From the NCBI GenBank assembly GCA_018610125.1, contig JAHEOI010000372.1, positions 1-49,381 of the forward strand: a stretch of 49,381 nt of DNA, read 5' to 3'. Both the position numbers and the translations under genes were made by a program. The stretch's first letter is position 1, and each line of letters begins with the position of its first letter. This DNA is from Verrucomicrobiota bacterium (GTDB taxonomy: Bacteria > Verrucomicrobiota > Verrucomicrobiia > Limisphaerales > JAHEOI01). Under the pieces are notes generated by a model. That model saw nothing but the letters and a program-made list of their open reading frames with translations. It was not told where the DNA came from and ran no database searches. Positions 36,470-45,823 of this stretch are shown piece after piece.

Positions 36470-37009
36470 TTAAAAGACCGTCAACCCGAGTCCGACAACA
36501 AAAAGGCCGAATCCGGTCAAGCCGCCGCAGACCGTCCGGATACGCCGGTTGCTCGCTGTCCACCAATAAAGCCAGTCGCGCAATCGCCAAGGTGAAATCG
36601 TCAGCCACATCCCGGCCAGGATGAAAATATACGCCCAGACTATAATCACCAGTCGCCATTCCGTAGGGGCCCAGCGGGCCGTATCGAGCATCAGCTTGGC
36701 CAACAGTAACATCACTAATGCCAACCCCCGCACCGCCAAGAAATCTTGAACAAAGAGGCAGGTCATTACCCCCAGACCGGCAAAGCCAAAGACCATGAGC
36801 TGCTTATACTTCGCAAAATCAGCGATCGTTTCCTGGTTGACGTTGTAGAGAAACCAGATCGTAGCAGTCACCATCAACAGATACCCGGGACTGACCGAGC
36901 GCGGAAAGTGCTGAAGGACTTTTCGGTAATGTTCGGGGTAAAGCCAGCCATACGCTTGTGATGCGGCCACCAACAGTCCCAGTAGAATCGCTAACAGAGA
37001 AACAGACAT
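36470..37009 (-). CDS. Hypothetical integral membrane protein (about 5 TM segments)
   Basis: 179-aa hydrophobic ORF with regular TM-length segments; I recognise no family. Confidence 0.6.
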   Translation of the reverse strand: MSVSLLAILLGLLVAASQAYGWLYPEHYRKVLQHFPRSVSPGYLLMVTATIWFLYNVNQETIADFAKYKQLMVFGFAGLGVMTCLFVQDFLAVRGLALVMLLLAKLMLDTARWAPTEWRLVIIVWAYIFILAGMWLTISPWRLRDWLYWWTASNRRIRTVCGGLTGFGLFVVGLGLTVF

Positions 37010-37110
37010 CTGGATTCCTTCAATTTCAAAAAAAGCTGAACAATTGGGGTAAGCTCAAAAACGGCACCCCCAGCTCGTCATCACCATACGCTCAAGGATC
37101 AATGACATGG

Positions 37111-38469
37111 TCAGTCAAGATTGACGATGGCGGGGTTACCATAAAGAGTAAATTGTCCGGTTCCCTCGATCTTCAAGTCGAGGAGACGGCCTTGATGACG
37201 CTCATTCCCTTCGAAGACCACAATCTTGTTGGCGCGTGTTCGCCCTTCGAGTCGATTCGGATTCTTGCGACTCGGCCCCTGGGCCAAGACCTCCACAGTT
37301 CGCCCGACGTAGTGCTCGCACTTTCGCTTGCCGATGGCGTTGACTTCCTCCAATAACCGGGCATGCCGCTCGTCCTTGACCTCCTCCGGCACTTGGTCCG
37401 GCATCTTCTCGGCAGGCGTGCCCTTGCGCTGGGAGTACTTGAACACGAACGCGTTGTCGAATTCGACCTCACGCACCAATGACATGGTCTGCTCAAAATC
37501 CTCCTCGGTCTCACCCGGAAAGCCGACAATCAGATCGGTCGTGACACCGATCTCGGGCGACACCTGGCGGAGCTTCCGGACGATCTCGAGAGCTCGCTCC
37601 CGAGTATACCCTCGGTGCATGAGCTTCAACATGCGATTGCTCCCACTCTGAATGGGGATATGGGCGCTTTCACAAAGCTTGGACAATCGCCCGTAAGCCG
37701 CGACCAAATCATCGCCATATCCCTTCGGGTGAGGCGAGGTAAAGCGCAGCCGCTCCAAACCGGGAATCTCATTTACCGCTTCGAGTAATTGAACAAAGGC
37801 CGATTTCCCATCTTTGGCCCCGATTTCCCGTTTGCCATAACTGGTTACGATCTGTCCCAAAAGTGTGATCTCCTTGACCCCTTTGGAGACGAGGTCCTCA
37901 CACTCGGAAACGATATCCGGGATTGATCGGCTTCGCTCGCGCCCGCGCGTGTAAGGCACGATGCAAAAGGTGCAGAACTGGTTGCATCCCTGCATGATGC
38001 TGACGTAGGCCGAGACCGACTTCGTCTCGGAGCTCCCGGCAAGCAAGTGCTCTCGAATGGTTGACTCACTCCCCTTTTCCTGGTCGACGTCACAGATCTT
38101 TTGTCGCCCTCCTTGCAAGAGCTCGCTTAGATGGTCGGCGGTCCGGTGGTATTTCTGCGTCCCAACCACCAAGTCCACATCCGGGAGCCGATCAATCAAT
38201 TCCCGGCCCCGGCTTTGTGCCATGCAGCCCATGAACCCCAGCAGCTTCTGCCGGTTATCGCGCCGAGCTTGACCGGCCAAGCTCCCCATCTTGCCCAATG
38301 CCTTCTGCTCGGCCGTATCCCGGACACTGCAGGTATTGATCAGCACGATATCGGCCGCCGACTCCGTGGAAGCGAGGGCATAGCCCTTATCGACGAGCTG
38401 AGCCGCGACCGCCTCCGAATCGCGCTCGTTCATCTGACATCCATATGTCTTAATAAAGACACTCGGCAT
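37111..38469 (-). CDS. miaB: tRNA-2-methylthio-N6-dimethylallyladenosine synthase
   Basis: UPF0004 N-domain (FIKTYGCQMNERDSE), radical SAM CNQFCTFCIVP and C-terminal TRAM domain. Confidence 0.95.
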   Translation of the reverse strand: MPSVFIKTYGCQMNERDSEAVAAQLVDKGYALASTESAADIVLINTCSVRDTAEQKALGKMGSLAGQARRDNRQKLLGFMGCMAQSRGRELIDRLPDVDLVVGTQKYHRTADHLSELLQGGRQKICDVDQEKGSESTIREHLLAGSSETKSVSAYVSIMQGCNQFCTFCIVPYTRGRERSRSIPDIVSECEDLVSKGVKEITLLGQIVTSYGKREIGAKDGKSAFVQLLEAVNEIPGLERLRFTSPHPKGYGDDLVAAYGRLSKLCESAHIPIQSGSNRMLKLMHRGYTRERALEIVRKLRQVSPEIGVTTDLIVGFPGETEEDFEQTMSLVREVEFDNAFVFKYSQRKGTPAEKMPDQVPEEVKDERHARLLEEVNAIGKRKCEHYVGRTVEVLAQGPSRKNPNRLEGRTRANKIVVFEGNERHQGRLLDLKIEGTGQFTLYGNPAIVNLD

Positions 38470-38478
38470 AGGCTGCGT

Positions 38479-39168
38479 TTATGGATTCAGCTCGCCCGGA
38501 GATGGAAGATCCGGCAAGTTGCCTCCCGGCAAGCCCGAATCCGATTCTTCCTCGCTATCCGAAACCTCGGGAAGATCCTCAGGCGCATTCCGATTCAATC
38601 GCTTCAGAACCTCATCCGAAATATCGCTCTGCCCGTTACTGTAAACCAAGGCGGGAGTCTGGTTGATCGTCTTCGCCGCTGTGTCGAGCACCAAGGTATA
38701 GCCCTTGGATTTTGCCACCTGCTCCACGACACCCGAGACTTCTTTCATGATCTTCTCCCGCATCCGCCGTTGCTTCTCCTGCAGCGTGCTTTTGGCTGTT
38801 CGGTCAAACTGCTTGACCTCTTTCTCCAATTGCCGGATCTGCCTCAGCTTCTTTTGGGCCGCTTTTTTCTTGCGCTGACGCTCTTGGTTCGAGACCACTT
38901 GGTCGTTGGCCCCTCGAATGAGCTGCTTGTACTCCTTCTGAGCACTCTGGTACTCCTTGTACATGCTCTTGAGCGTCTTCTCAAATTCCGCGCCGCGCTT
39001 CTTCAAGCGGGAATCGGCAATCTTCGTCTTGTAATAGTTGTCGAAGACCTTCTTGAGATTGATCGTCGCGATCTTCTGCTCTGTCTGTGCCGAGACACCA
39101 CTCACACCCAGGCACGCGACAGCCCAAAGGAGCCCGATTTTGACTAAGATCGACTTGGTCGTTGTCAT
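38479..39168 (-). CDS. skp: OmpH/Skp-family periplasmic chaperone with acidic/proline C-terminal tail
   Basis: Signal peptide plus K/E/Q-rich coiled region (KIATINLKKVFDNYYKTK...). It lies directly downstream of bamA, as in most diderms. Confidence 0.8.
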   Translation of the reverse strand: MTTTKSILVKIGLLWAVACLGVSGVSAQTEQKIATINLKKVFDNYYKTKIADSRLKKRGAEFEKTLKSMYKEYQSAQKEYKQLIRGANDQVVSNQERQRKKKAAQKKLRQIRQLEKEVKQFDRTAKSTLQEKQRRMREKIMKEVSGVVEQVAKSKGYTLVLDTAAKTINQTPALVYSNGQSDISDEVLKRLNRNAPEDLPEVSDSEEESDSGLPGGNLPDLPSPGELNP

Positions 39169-39181
39169 GATTGTAACTTAA

Positions 39182-41503
39182 CTAAAAGTTGCGGGTATAA
39201 CCAACGCTGAATTGAAATTCACCACTGCTCCGGCCCAAGCCGTCGCCATCGGTGATCGGGATGCCATAGTCCAACCGTAACGGGCCGATCGGCAAGTTCA
39301 GCCGCAAGCCGAGGCCGACGTTATCGCTGTAGCCGCCGAAATCCGGGTCATACGCATCCGGTACGACATTACCAATATCGTAGAACGTCGCCACACGCAA
39401 CCGTTCGATGACGGGAATGCTGTATTCCACAGACCCAAACCAGAATGTGTTACCGCCTATCGGCTCATTGTTGCCGGGATCCCGCGGCCCCACTTCACGG
39501 AAGTCAAATCCGCGCAGGTTATACGCCCCTCCCAGGAAGAAGCGATCAAAAAGCGGCACCCGATCCGACCGGCCATAGCTTTCTGTCACACCGCTTCGCC
39601 CAAGGATCTCCCAAACATGACCTTCGAAAAACCCGGGGAAGTACCAGGCCGAGCTGAGCTCTACCTTATAAAAGTCGCTGTCGCCGCCAAACGGACCGCC
39701 TGCCACTTCGGTCGATAATTCGGTCCGCTGCCCGTTGCTCGGAAGAAACCCACCGCCCCGAGTGTCATACGTGAGCCCAAAGCCCATTTTTGAAACCAAC
39801 CGCGAGCCTTCCTCGGCATCAATCAGCGATTGGGAGAATCCGGAGTCCTCCTCGAACTCCAAATCGACCTCTTCCAGGGTGTAGCTGACACTCCCGCGAA
39901 ATTGCTCGGTCCATAGCGCCTTGGTCAGACTCAAGCTGCCGCCCGTGCGGCGCTCATCATACTCGTTACTGACAAAATCAAGCTGGCGATGGTAGAGATC
40001 GACGGAAAATTCCAGCTTCTTCCCCAGGAGCCATGGCTCAACAAAGGTCACTTGATAATCTTGACGCCGGGTCCCCAATTGCATCCGGACCCGGAACTTT
40101 TGTCCCCCGCCGGCGAAATAGGGGGGATTGAACAGATCGAAGTTGCCTTGGCTCATCTCGACGAAGCCGACAATATTGTCCACGGTGCTAAAGCCGGCTC
40201 CCACGGAAATGTTGCCGGTATTCTTCTCCTTGACGTCGACCACCAGGTTTTTTCGGTTCGGCACCTCGGTCTCTTCGGGTCGGGTGTCAACGCTCTCGAA
40301 GTAGTTCAATCCCTCGAGGCGGTTCCGGCTCCGCTTGACGCGCACCATATCGAATGTCTCACCCGGTGAGACAGCAAGCTCACGCCGGATCACGTAATCC
40401 TTGGTCTTGGTATTGCCTTGGACATTGATCTTCTCGATGTAAGACTTCTCCTTCTCCTCGATTTTATAGACCAAATCCATTGTTCCTTGCTTGGTGTTGG
40501 CATTCTGGACGGCCTGGAGCCCGATATCGATGTAGCCCTCGGCACCGTAAAGATCTCGGATGTTCTCCTTGTCCTGACTCAACCCCTTGGGCGAGAAGAT
40601 CTCGCCGACCTTCATTTCAAGCGCCTCTCTTATTTCCCGGTCGGAAAAGACCCCATTCCCTTGGATTTCGATCGCCCCGACCTCATACTGCTCGCCTTCG
40701 AAGATATGGAACTTCAACACCAGCTTTTTCGGCGTTTGGTAATCGCGCTCGACCCGCTTGATCCGAAAGTCGATGTAGCCTTTATTCTGATAAAACTGGC
40801 GTAAGCGCTCTTTATCGGTTTGGAGCTGGTCCTCCTTGAGCTTGCCGCCTCCGGTAAGCCAAGAAAGGAACCAATGCCGGCGGGTCTTGATTTTGTTACG
40901 GAGCTTCCCTTGCTTAAAGGCCTCGGCCCCGATAAACTTCACCTTTTTGATACGGACCTTCGGGTGCTCCGAAATTTTGAAGGTGGCCGTCCCTCGCCCC
41001 TCTTCCTCGTTGATGTCCAGGACATACTCCACCTCGGTACGCTGATACCCCTTCTTTTCGTAAAAGTCTTGGATCGCTTGGACGTCTTGAAAGAGTGTTT
41101 GCTCGTCCAACGGCTCACCCACCTCGGACTCGATCTTCTTCCGCAATTTCTTGTTGCTAAACTGCTCGTTCCCTTCAATGCGAAGATCGGTCAGAGTCGG
41201 TTTCCCTTGCAGAACATAGGTCAGGATGACTCCCTTTTTCCCTTGCTTCTCGGTAACCCGGATCTGGTAAAAATAGCCGGTCTGGTAAAGGTTCCGAACG
41301 TCGTCGTTAATGCTTAATTCGCTGTATTTATCGCCGACTTCGGTCCGAATGTTCGCCCGGATGAGCTCCTCATTGGCGGCAGGGGGACCGACATGCTTGA
41401 TCTTGATCGCCTCGACGACCGACGAGGATTGGCCCCACACGTGAGCGAGACCGCTCAGTAACAGCACCGTGGCTCCGACAATAAATCGCTTGTATCCGTT
41501 CAT
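39182..41503 (-). CDS. bamA: Outer membrane protein assembly factor BamA
   Basis: Five POTRA-like repeats followed by an Omp85 barrel ending ...FQFSVGYTRNF. Start placed at ATG 41503 (MNGYKRF), just after the dnaB stop, rather than the overlapping ATG 41527. Confidence 0.93.
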   Translation of the reverse strand: MNGYKRFIVGATVLLLSGLAHVWGQSSSVVEAIKIKHVGPPAANEELIRANIRTEVGDKYSELSINDDVRNLYQTGYFYQIRVTEKQGKKGVILTYVLQGKPTLTDLRIEGNEQFSNKKLRKKIESEVGEPLDEQTLFQDVQAIQDFYEKKGYQRTEVEYVLDINEEEGRGTATFKISEHPKVRIKKVKFIGAEAFKQGKLRNKIKTRRHWFLSWLTGGGKLKEDQLQTDKERLRQFYQNKGYIDFRIKRVERDYQTPKKLVLKFHIFEGEQYEVGAIEIQGNGVFSDREIREALEMKVGEIFSPKGLSQDKENIRDLYGAEGYIDIGLQAVQNANTKQGTMDLVYKIEEKEKSYIEKINVQGNTKTKDYVIRRELAVSPGETFDMVRVKRSRNRLEGLNYFESVDTRPEETEVPNRKNLVVDVKEKNTGNISVGAGFSTVDNIVGFVEMSQGNFDLFNPPYFAGGGQKFRVRMQLGTRRQDYQVTFVEPWLLGKKLEFSVDLYHRQLDFVSNEYDERRTGGSLSLTKALWTEQFRGSVSYTLEEVDLEFEEDSGFSQSLIDAEEGSRLVSKMGFGLTYDTRGGGFLPSNGQRTELSTEVAGGPFGGDSDFYKVELSSAWYFPGFFEGHVWEILGRSGVTESYGRSDRVPLFDRFFLGGAYNLRGFDFREVGPRDPGNNEPIGGNTFWFGSVEYSIPVIERLRVATFYDIGNVVPDAYDPDFGGYSDNVGLGLRLNLPIGPLRLDYGIPITDGDGLGRSSGEFQFSVGYTRNF

Positions 41504-41507
41504 CACT

Positions 41508-42956
41508 CTACGCTTCCGCTGGTACATCTTCCGCTTCCACTTTGGCCATGCTCTCGAAACGGGTGTACCCCCTCAAGAAGGTGAGATCGACCTCACCCGT
41601 GGGACCGTTCCGCTGCTTGGCAATGAGCAGCTTTACTTCCTGTGCCTCGGTTTCCACCCCTTCTTCGTTCTCTTTAGGCTTGTAAAGCAGTGTCACAAGA
41701 TCGGCGTCTTGCTCGATGGCGCCGGACTCTCGAAGATCGGATAGCCGTGGCTTCCGGTTCTTATCCTTTTCCAGCTCTCGGTTCAATTGGCTAAGCACGA
41801 TCACAGGGACATTCAGCTCTTTGGCCAAGGCCTTCAGGCCATTTGAGATGTCGGTAATTTCCTGCTGCCGATTCTCAGCGCGTGCTGACGATGAATGGAG
41901 AAGCTGGAGGTAGTCAACCACAAATAGCTTAATCCCGTATTGCTGCACCATTCGCCGAGCCTTGGCCCGGAGCTGTAAAATCGACAGACCCGGCGTATCC
42001 TCGATGTACAATGGCGCATTGGCAAATTTTCCGGCTGCGCTCGTCAGCTTGGCAAAATCCCGCTCCCCCAGAAAGCCCTCTCGAATATCGCGCAGATTGA
42101 CCCGAGCCCTGGAGCAGATGAGTCGCAGCACCAATGACTCCGCGGTCATTTCCAGGCTGAAGACTCCGACGGGAAACTTATCTTCGACAATGACATGCTC
42201 GACCATATTCATCGCGAGCGAGGTCTTGCCCATGCTCGGGCGCGCGGCGACGACGATCATTTCCCCCCCGTGCAGCCCGCTGGTGAGCTTATCAAAGTCG
42301 CGATACCCGGTCGAAACACCGGTCAGCAGTCCCTGCCGTTGATGAAAATCCTCGATCGTGTTGATGGCATCATTGACGAGCTCGCGAATCGTCTTGCGCC
42401 CTTGATCGACCCGGCTCTGACTGATCTGCATCACTTCCCGCTCGACCTCGTCGACAAGCTGATCCACATCCCCCTGATGCTCGTAGACACGATTGACCAC
42501 GTCCATGCAGGTGGTCACCATCTTCCTTTGAACGTATTTCTCGCGAAGGATCCGGATGTAGTAACTGAGATTGAGCGGCGACGGGACACCATCAACGAGC
42601 TCGGACAGGTAAACGAGTCCCCCAACTCCTTCAAGCTGCCCTTTTTCCTTGAGACGATGCTGGAGGGTGATCATATCGATCACCTCCTTGTTGTCATACA
42701 TCTCGAGAAAGACTTCATAGATCGCACGATGACGGAGGTCATAAAAGACATCCGGGGCGCTGAACTGCTGAACACACTCGCTCAAGCACTCATTCGGGGC
42801 TTGAAGGATGCAGCCGAGCACACCCTGCTCCGCCTCAATGGAGTGCGGCGGCAATCGATCAATCTTGCTCGGATCGACCTGCTTCCCCTTTCGCCGATTC
42901 TTCTTTGTGGAATCTTTGTCCCGATTGCCTGATTGCGAGTCGTACGAATCGATCAT
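41508..42956 (-). CDS. dnaB: Replicative DNA helicase
   Basis: PPHSIEAEQGVLGCIL N-domain, Walker A ARPSMGKTS, Walker B FVVDYLQLL, and SQLNRELE, AKQRNGPTG motifs. Confidence 0.96.
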   Translation of the reverse strand: MIDSYDSQSGNRDKDSTKKNRRKGKQVDPSKIDRLPPHSIEAEQGVLGCILQAPNECLSECVQQFSAPDVFYDLRHRAIYEVFLEMYDNKEVIDMITLQHRLKEKGQLEGVGGLVYLSELVDGVPSPLNLSYYIRILREKYVQRKMVTTCMDVVNRVYEHQGDVDQLVDEVEREVMQISQSRVDQGRKTIRELVNDAINTIEDFHQRQGLLTGVSTGYRDFDKLTSGLHGGEMIVVAARPSMGKTSLAMNMVEHVIVEDKFPVGVFSLEMTAESLVLRLICSRARVNLRDIREGFLGERDFAKLTSAAGKFANAPLYIEDTPGLSILQLRAKARRMVQQYGIKLFVVDYLQLLHSSSARAENRQQEITDISNGLKALAKELNVPVIVLSQLNRELEKDKNRKPRLSDLRESGAIEQDADLVTLLYKPKENEEGVETEAQEVKLLIAKQRNGPTGEVDLTFLRGYTRFESMAKVEAEDVPAEA

Positions 42957-43030
42957 CTATCAATCGTGAGGGCAGCGCGTCCCTGATTCAACGTCGATCG
43001 CTTCCGAATTCTTCCCAAGTTATTCACTCC

Positions 43031-43051
43031 CTGATAGGGACGCCGTTCGCG
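43031..43051. repeat. Half copy of repeat family 1 in reverse orientation (CTGATAGGGACGCCG...)
   Basis: The reverse complement CGGCGTCCCTATCAG matches the right arm plus the TATCA tail. The left arm is degenerate. Confidence 0.4.
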
Positions 43052-43191
43052 TTCTGACCCGCTCATTTGGATCGGTACGTTTGGCATACGGAGCCGGTAA
43101 CCGGGGTCCCGATTTCTACTTCTACAAAGGAAAGCGATGACAAGTTACGCGCACTCCGTAAGCTAGCGAGGCCGAGCCTCCGACCATTCGA

Positions 43192-43274
43192 GGCATGAGT
43201 GCGATCAAGGTCAGCAGGGGACTGCCGACCCTACCACCGCTGTTGCGGTAGGGACCGCACTCCGCTGCGGTCCG
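43192..43274. repeat. Interspersed repeat family 2, reverse orientation, overlapping the 3' end of the DUF1080 gene
   Basis: The reverse complement CGGACCGCAGCGGAGTGCGGTCCCTACCGCAACAGCGGTGGTAGGGTCGGCAGTCCCC... aligns with 12812-12882. Confidence 0.6.
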
Positions 43275-44274
43275 CGCCTTTGACAAGCCAGATATTGCGG
43301 TACCGCACGGGCGTCCCATGATCCTGTAAATGAAGAGGCCCTTTCGCCACTTCGTTGCGGCTGGCTCCGCCACCTGTCCCTTGGGAGAGTGCCACACCTT
43401 TATGGATCACAACCCCATTGTGCTTCACGGTCACCTGGGCATTGGCAATCTTGTTTCCGTTTTCGTCGAATTCAGGCGCGTGGAACCAAATATCGTAAGT
43501 TTGCCACGCAAGCGGTGGAAGACTCATATTGTGATTCGGCGCCCGCTCTCCGTAGAGCCCGCCGGCATGATTGTTCTTAGGCGGTAAGCCAAAGGAGTCA
43601 AGCACTTGAACCTCGTAGCGATGCTGGAGGTAGACCCCGCTGTTGCCGCGCCCTTGCCCCCGAGCTTGAGGCATATAGGGACAACGGAATTCGATATGGA
43701 GATAAGCGTCTCCAAAAGTGACCTTACTGGTAGCCCCCTCCTTGAGCAGTCCATCACTGGTCATCGCGGCTCCGTCTTGCCAAGCGTCCAAGGAACCGCC
43801 GTCAAACAAGACCGTAGCCTCCTTTGGAGGCGCCTTCCCAAGCGTCGGACTCTTGCGCACAGTCCTCTCGAGCAGACCGATCCGGGTGTCGTCTTCCGAA
43901 TAGACCGAGGTAAACCCGGGCTGAACGACCGCATAGTAAGGATCCTCGGGATGCTCCACTCTAAGATTCCAGCCTTCCCGTTTCCCCTTCACCCGGACCA
44001 CATCCGGCGACTCACCATCCCAGCCCGGACCGGGAGGGAAGTTGCCTTCATACGCAATCACTTCAAACTGTTGCTCGCCCAGCGCGCGCACCTGAATGCT
44101 TACAGGCTTTCGGCCCTCTTCTGTGCGAAGTTCGCCCGTGTACTCACCTTGGAATAGAAAATCCCGCGAGTCCGCCGCCTCGATCGCACTGCTGAAGACC
44201 GGCTCCGACTGCAGGTTCGCAGCCAGACCAACGACCATTAATCCACTCAATAACCAGTTAATCCCTAATCGCAT
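43231..44274 (-). CDS. Secreted DUF1080 (3-keto-disaccharide hydrolase-like) domain protein
   Basis: C-terminal block VKHNGVVIHKGVAL...KGPLHLQDHGTPVRYRNIWL is typical of DUF1080. Start taken at ATG 44274 (MRLGINWLLSGLMVVGLAA signal). Confidence 0.8.
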   Translation of the reverse strand: MRLGINWLLSGLMVVGLAANLQSEPVFSSAIEAADSRDFLFQGEYTGELRTEEGRKPVSIQVRALGEQQFEVIAYEGNFPPGPGWDGESPDVVRVKGKREGWNLRVEHPEDPYYAVVQPGFTSVYSEDDTRIGLLERTVRKSPTLGKAPPKEATVLFDGGSLDAWQDGAAMTSDGLLKEGATSKVTFGDAYLHIEFRCPYMPQARGQGRGNSGVYLQHRYEVQVLDSFGLPPKNNHAGGLYGERAPNHNMSLPPLAWQTYDIWFHAPEFDENGNKIANAQVTVKHNGVVIHKGVALSQGTGGGASRNEVAKGPLHLQDHGTPVRYRNIWLVKGADRSGVRSLPQQRW

Positions 44275-44613
44275 GCTTATTCTCCTTCGTTCGAATTTAG
44301 ACAATTGCAAACACGATAATAGCACCGACCGTATCCCCGGCCAATGATTTTGTCATTGCGCAGGCAACGGGCGGGAACCTCACCTCGAGCGGCGACTCAA
44401 GGCCGTGGGAGAGCCGAAAACTTTTTTTCCTGATGAACGCGGATGAGACGGGGGGAGTCGAATGCCGAGCGCTGGATGGCCGGTGAAAGGGGCTGTGAGG
44501 TGGGTTCCCCGGGACAAGCGGTTTGATTCCGATGGCCAAGCTTGCCTGAAACGTTTGTTCCGGGAAGAACATCCTCACAGGGCTTTCACAGGCAATATCC
44601 GCTGCCATCTGCG

Positions 44614-44766
44614 TCAATCAGCGGTTAAGAGTTTTCGTTCTTTGCCTTTTTGCGGCTGAACAGTTCCCTTGAGCGAGCCTCGGCCGAGCTCCTCAGTCAA
44701 GCCTATCGAGCGCGCATCCCTGGACAGGTCTTGCAGTGCGGATTCGATATCGTCCAGCTTGCTCAT
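44614..44766 (-). CDS. 50-aa ORF, possible orphan antitoxin-like (addiction-module-component-like) protein
   Basis: My own translation is MSKLDDIESALQDLSRDARSIGLTEELGRGSLKGTVQPQKGKERKLLTAD. The N-terminus weakly resembles the short helical antitoxins that pair with RelE/ParE. It is below the ORF-track cut-off. Confidence 0.3.
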   Translation of the reverse strand: MSKLDDIESALQDLSRDARSIGLTEELGRGSLKGTVQPQKGKERKLLTAD

Positions 44767-44867
44767 AATTGAAATCTACCAAGGACCGCTGCCAAACGCC
44801 AGACAAACGACAAAATCAGAGGGAAGGCCGCGACCCGCATCTTCCGCCCTTTGGGATACCTGGACAT

Positions 44868-45255
44868 CTAGGACGACGTCCTCTGATAGGCTCACCGTCC
44901 CCCTCCCGCTTCGCGGGAAATCCCAAATCCCAAACAGCTCATTTTAAGCGCCGAAGGTGCGTGTCAACCATAGCCCAGGGCTCCACCCTGGGGACAAAGG
45001 ACAAAAAAACCACCCAGCCCTGTAAGGGCGTGTCAATCGCCGATTCGGGCGGACACCCGGGTCTGCCAACCGCACGGACGGCAGCGGAGTGCCGTCCCTA
45101 CCGCAACGGGCAAGATCCGAAATTGGGCGATGCAGCTTTGGAATTTGGAATTTGGATTTCGGATTTTCCCGCGAAGCGGGCGGGGCGCCTATGGCGCGGT
45201 GAAAGGTGAAAGGCCGAAAGTGAACGTGGGAGTAAGAGGGAGAGGGAGGAACCGC
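44868..45255. repeat. Repeat-dense non-coding block bounded by inverted copies of a GGGATTT(n)-CCCGCGAAGCGGG element
   Basis: The left arm at 44905-44935 (CCCGCTTCGCGGGAAATCCCAAATCCCAAAC) is the inverted counterpart of the right arm at 45137-45180 (TTTGGAATTTGGAATTTGGATTTCGGATTTTCCCGCGAAGCGGG). The block also contains a family-1 variant (44868-44900), a family-2 core (45075-45109), two GCGTGTCAA copies, and the hairpins CCCAGGG/CCCTGGG and GCCC/GGGC. Confidence 0.6.
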
Positions 45256-45256
45256 C

Positions 45257-45823
45257 CTACTTTTCAAACTCGATCCGGCGTTCTTCCAATTCCTTCATGA
45301 TCTCCGGAGCCCCTTTTAAATCGACCAGCGGTCGCAATTGTGATCGAATATACGCCCAATCAAGCAAGCCAGTTCGACGAACAATGACGCTTTCCACATC
45401 AGCCCAGTCTCTCGACCTCGCTGCAAACGCCTTCATTACGATCAAATCCTCGGCAGAGCAAACCCGAAGCCGGGTATCTCCCGGGAATTCGAGCTTCCTT
45501 GAGCGCTCTATCGCGCATTCTTCAAAAGGAAGGCCCGCCAATGCAACATCGATACCGACTCCGGAAGCGGCCCGAAGCAACAAGACGCGGTGTTTAAGCG
45601 CAAACCTGCGGGGCTCCTCAATCCGCGATTCAAACTGATCTAACAATGCCTCCACATACGGCTCCTTACCGCCGAACCCGGTCAGCAACGTCACATCGAC
45701 GTCAACGGTCTCCCGAGGCTCTCCCCAGCATTGCAAAGCCAACCCGCCGATGAAGCAGAATCGCCAATTCTCGGTCTCGCAAAGGTCCTGCAACTGAGCC
45801 GCCGTCCGAATGACCTCAATCAC
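45257..45823 (-). CDS. Minimal nucleotidyltransferase-fold protein (AbiEii/MNT-like N-terminal motif), putative toxin-like partner
   Basis: FCFIGGLALQCWGEPRETVDVDVTL resembles the GG-x-A-x5-G-x2-R-x-T-x-D-x-D signature of DNA-pol-beta-type nucleotidyltransferases. Later comes DLIVMKAFAARSRDWADV. The GTG start overlaps the upstream gene by 8 nt. Confidence 0.55.
   Translation of the reverse strand: MIEVIRTAAQLQDLCETENWRFCFIGGLALQCWGEPRETVDVDVTLLTGFGGKEPYVEALLDQFESRIEEPRRFALKHRVLLLRAASGVGIDVALAGLPFEECAIERSRKLEFPGDTRLRVCSAEDLIVMKAFAARSRDWADVESVIVRRTGLLDWAYIRSQLRPLVDLKGAPEIMKELEERRIEFEK

Noticed and set aside
38131-39147. 338-aa plus-strand ORF spanning the miaB/skp junction.
   Set aside because: It is antisense to two well-supported genes. 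Its Leu/Arg-rich composition mirrors the Lys/Glu-rich Skp.
42195-42932. 245-aa plus-strand ORF.
   Set aside because: It is antisense to dnaB.
44669-45267. Several 90-146-aa ORFs on both strands in the 44.7-45.3 kb gap.
   Set aside because: They are read-throughs of the interspersed repeats (the same peptide words recur wherever the repeats occur). They have no start context and overlap one another.
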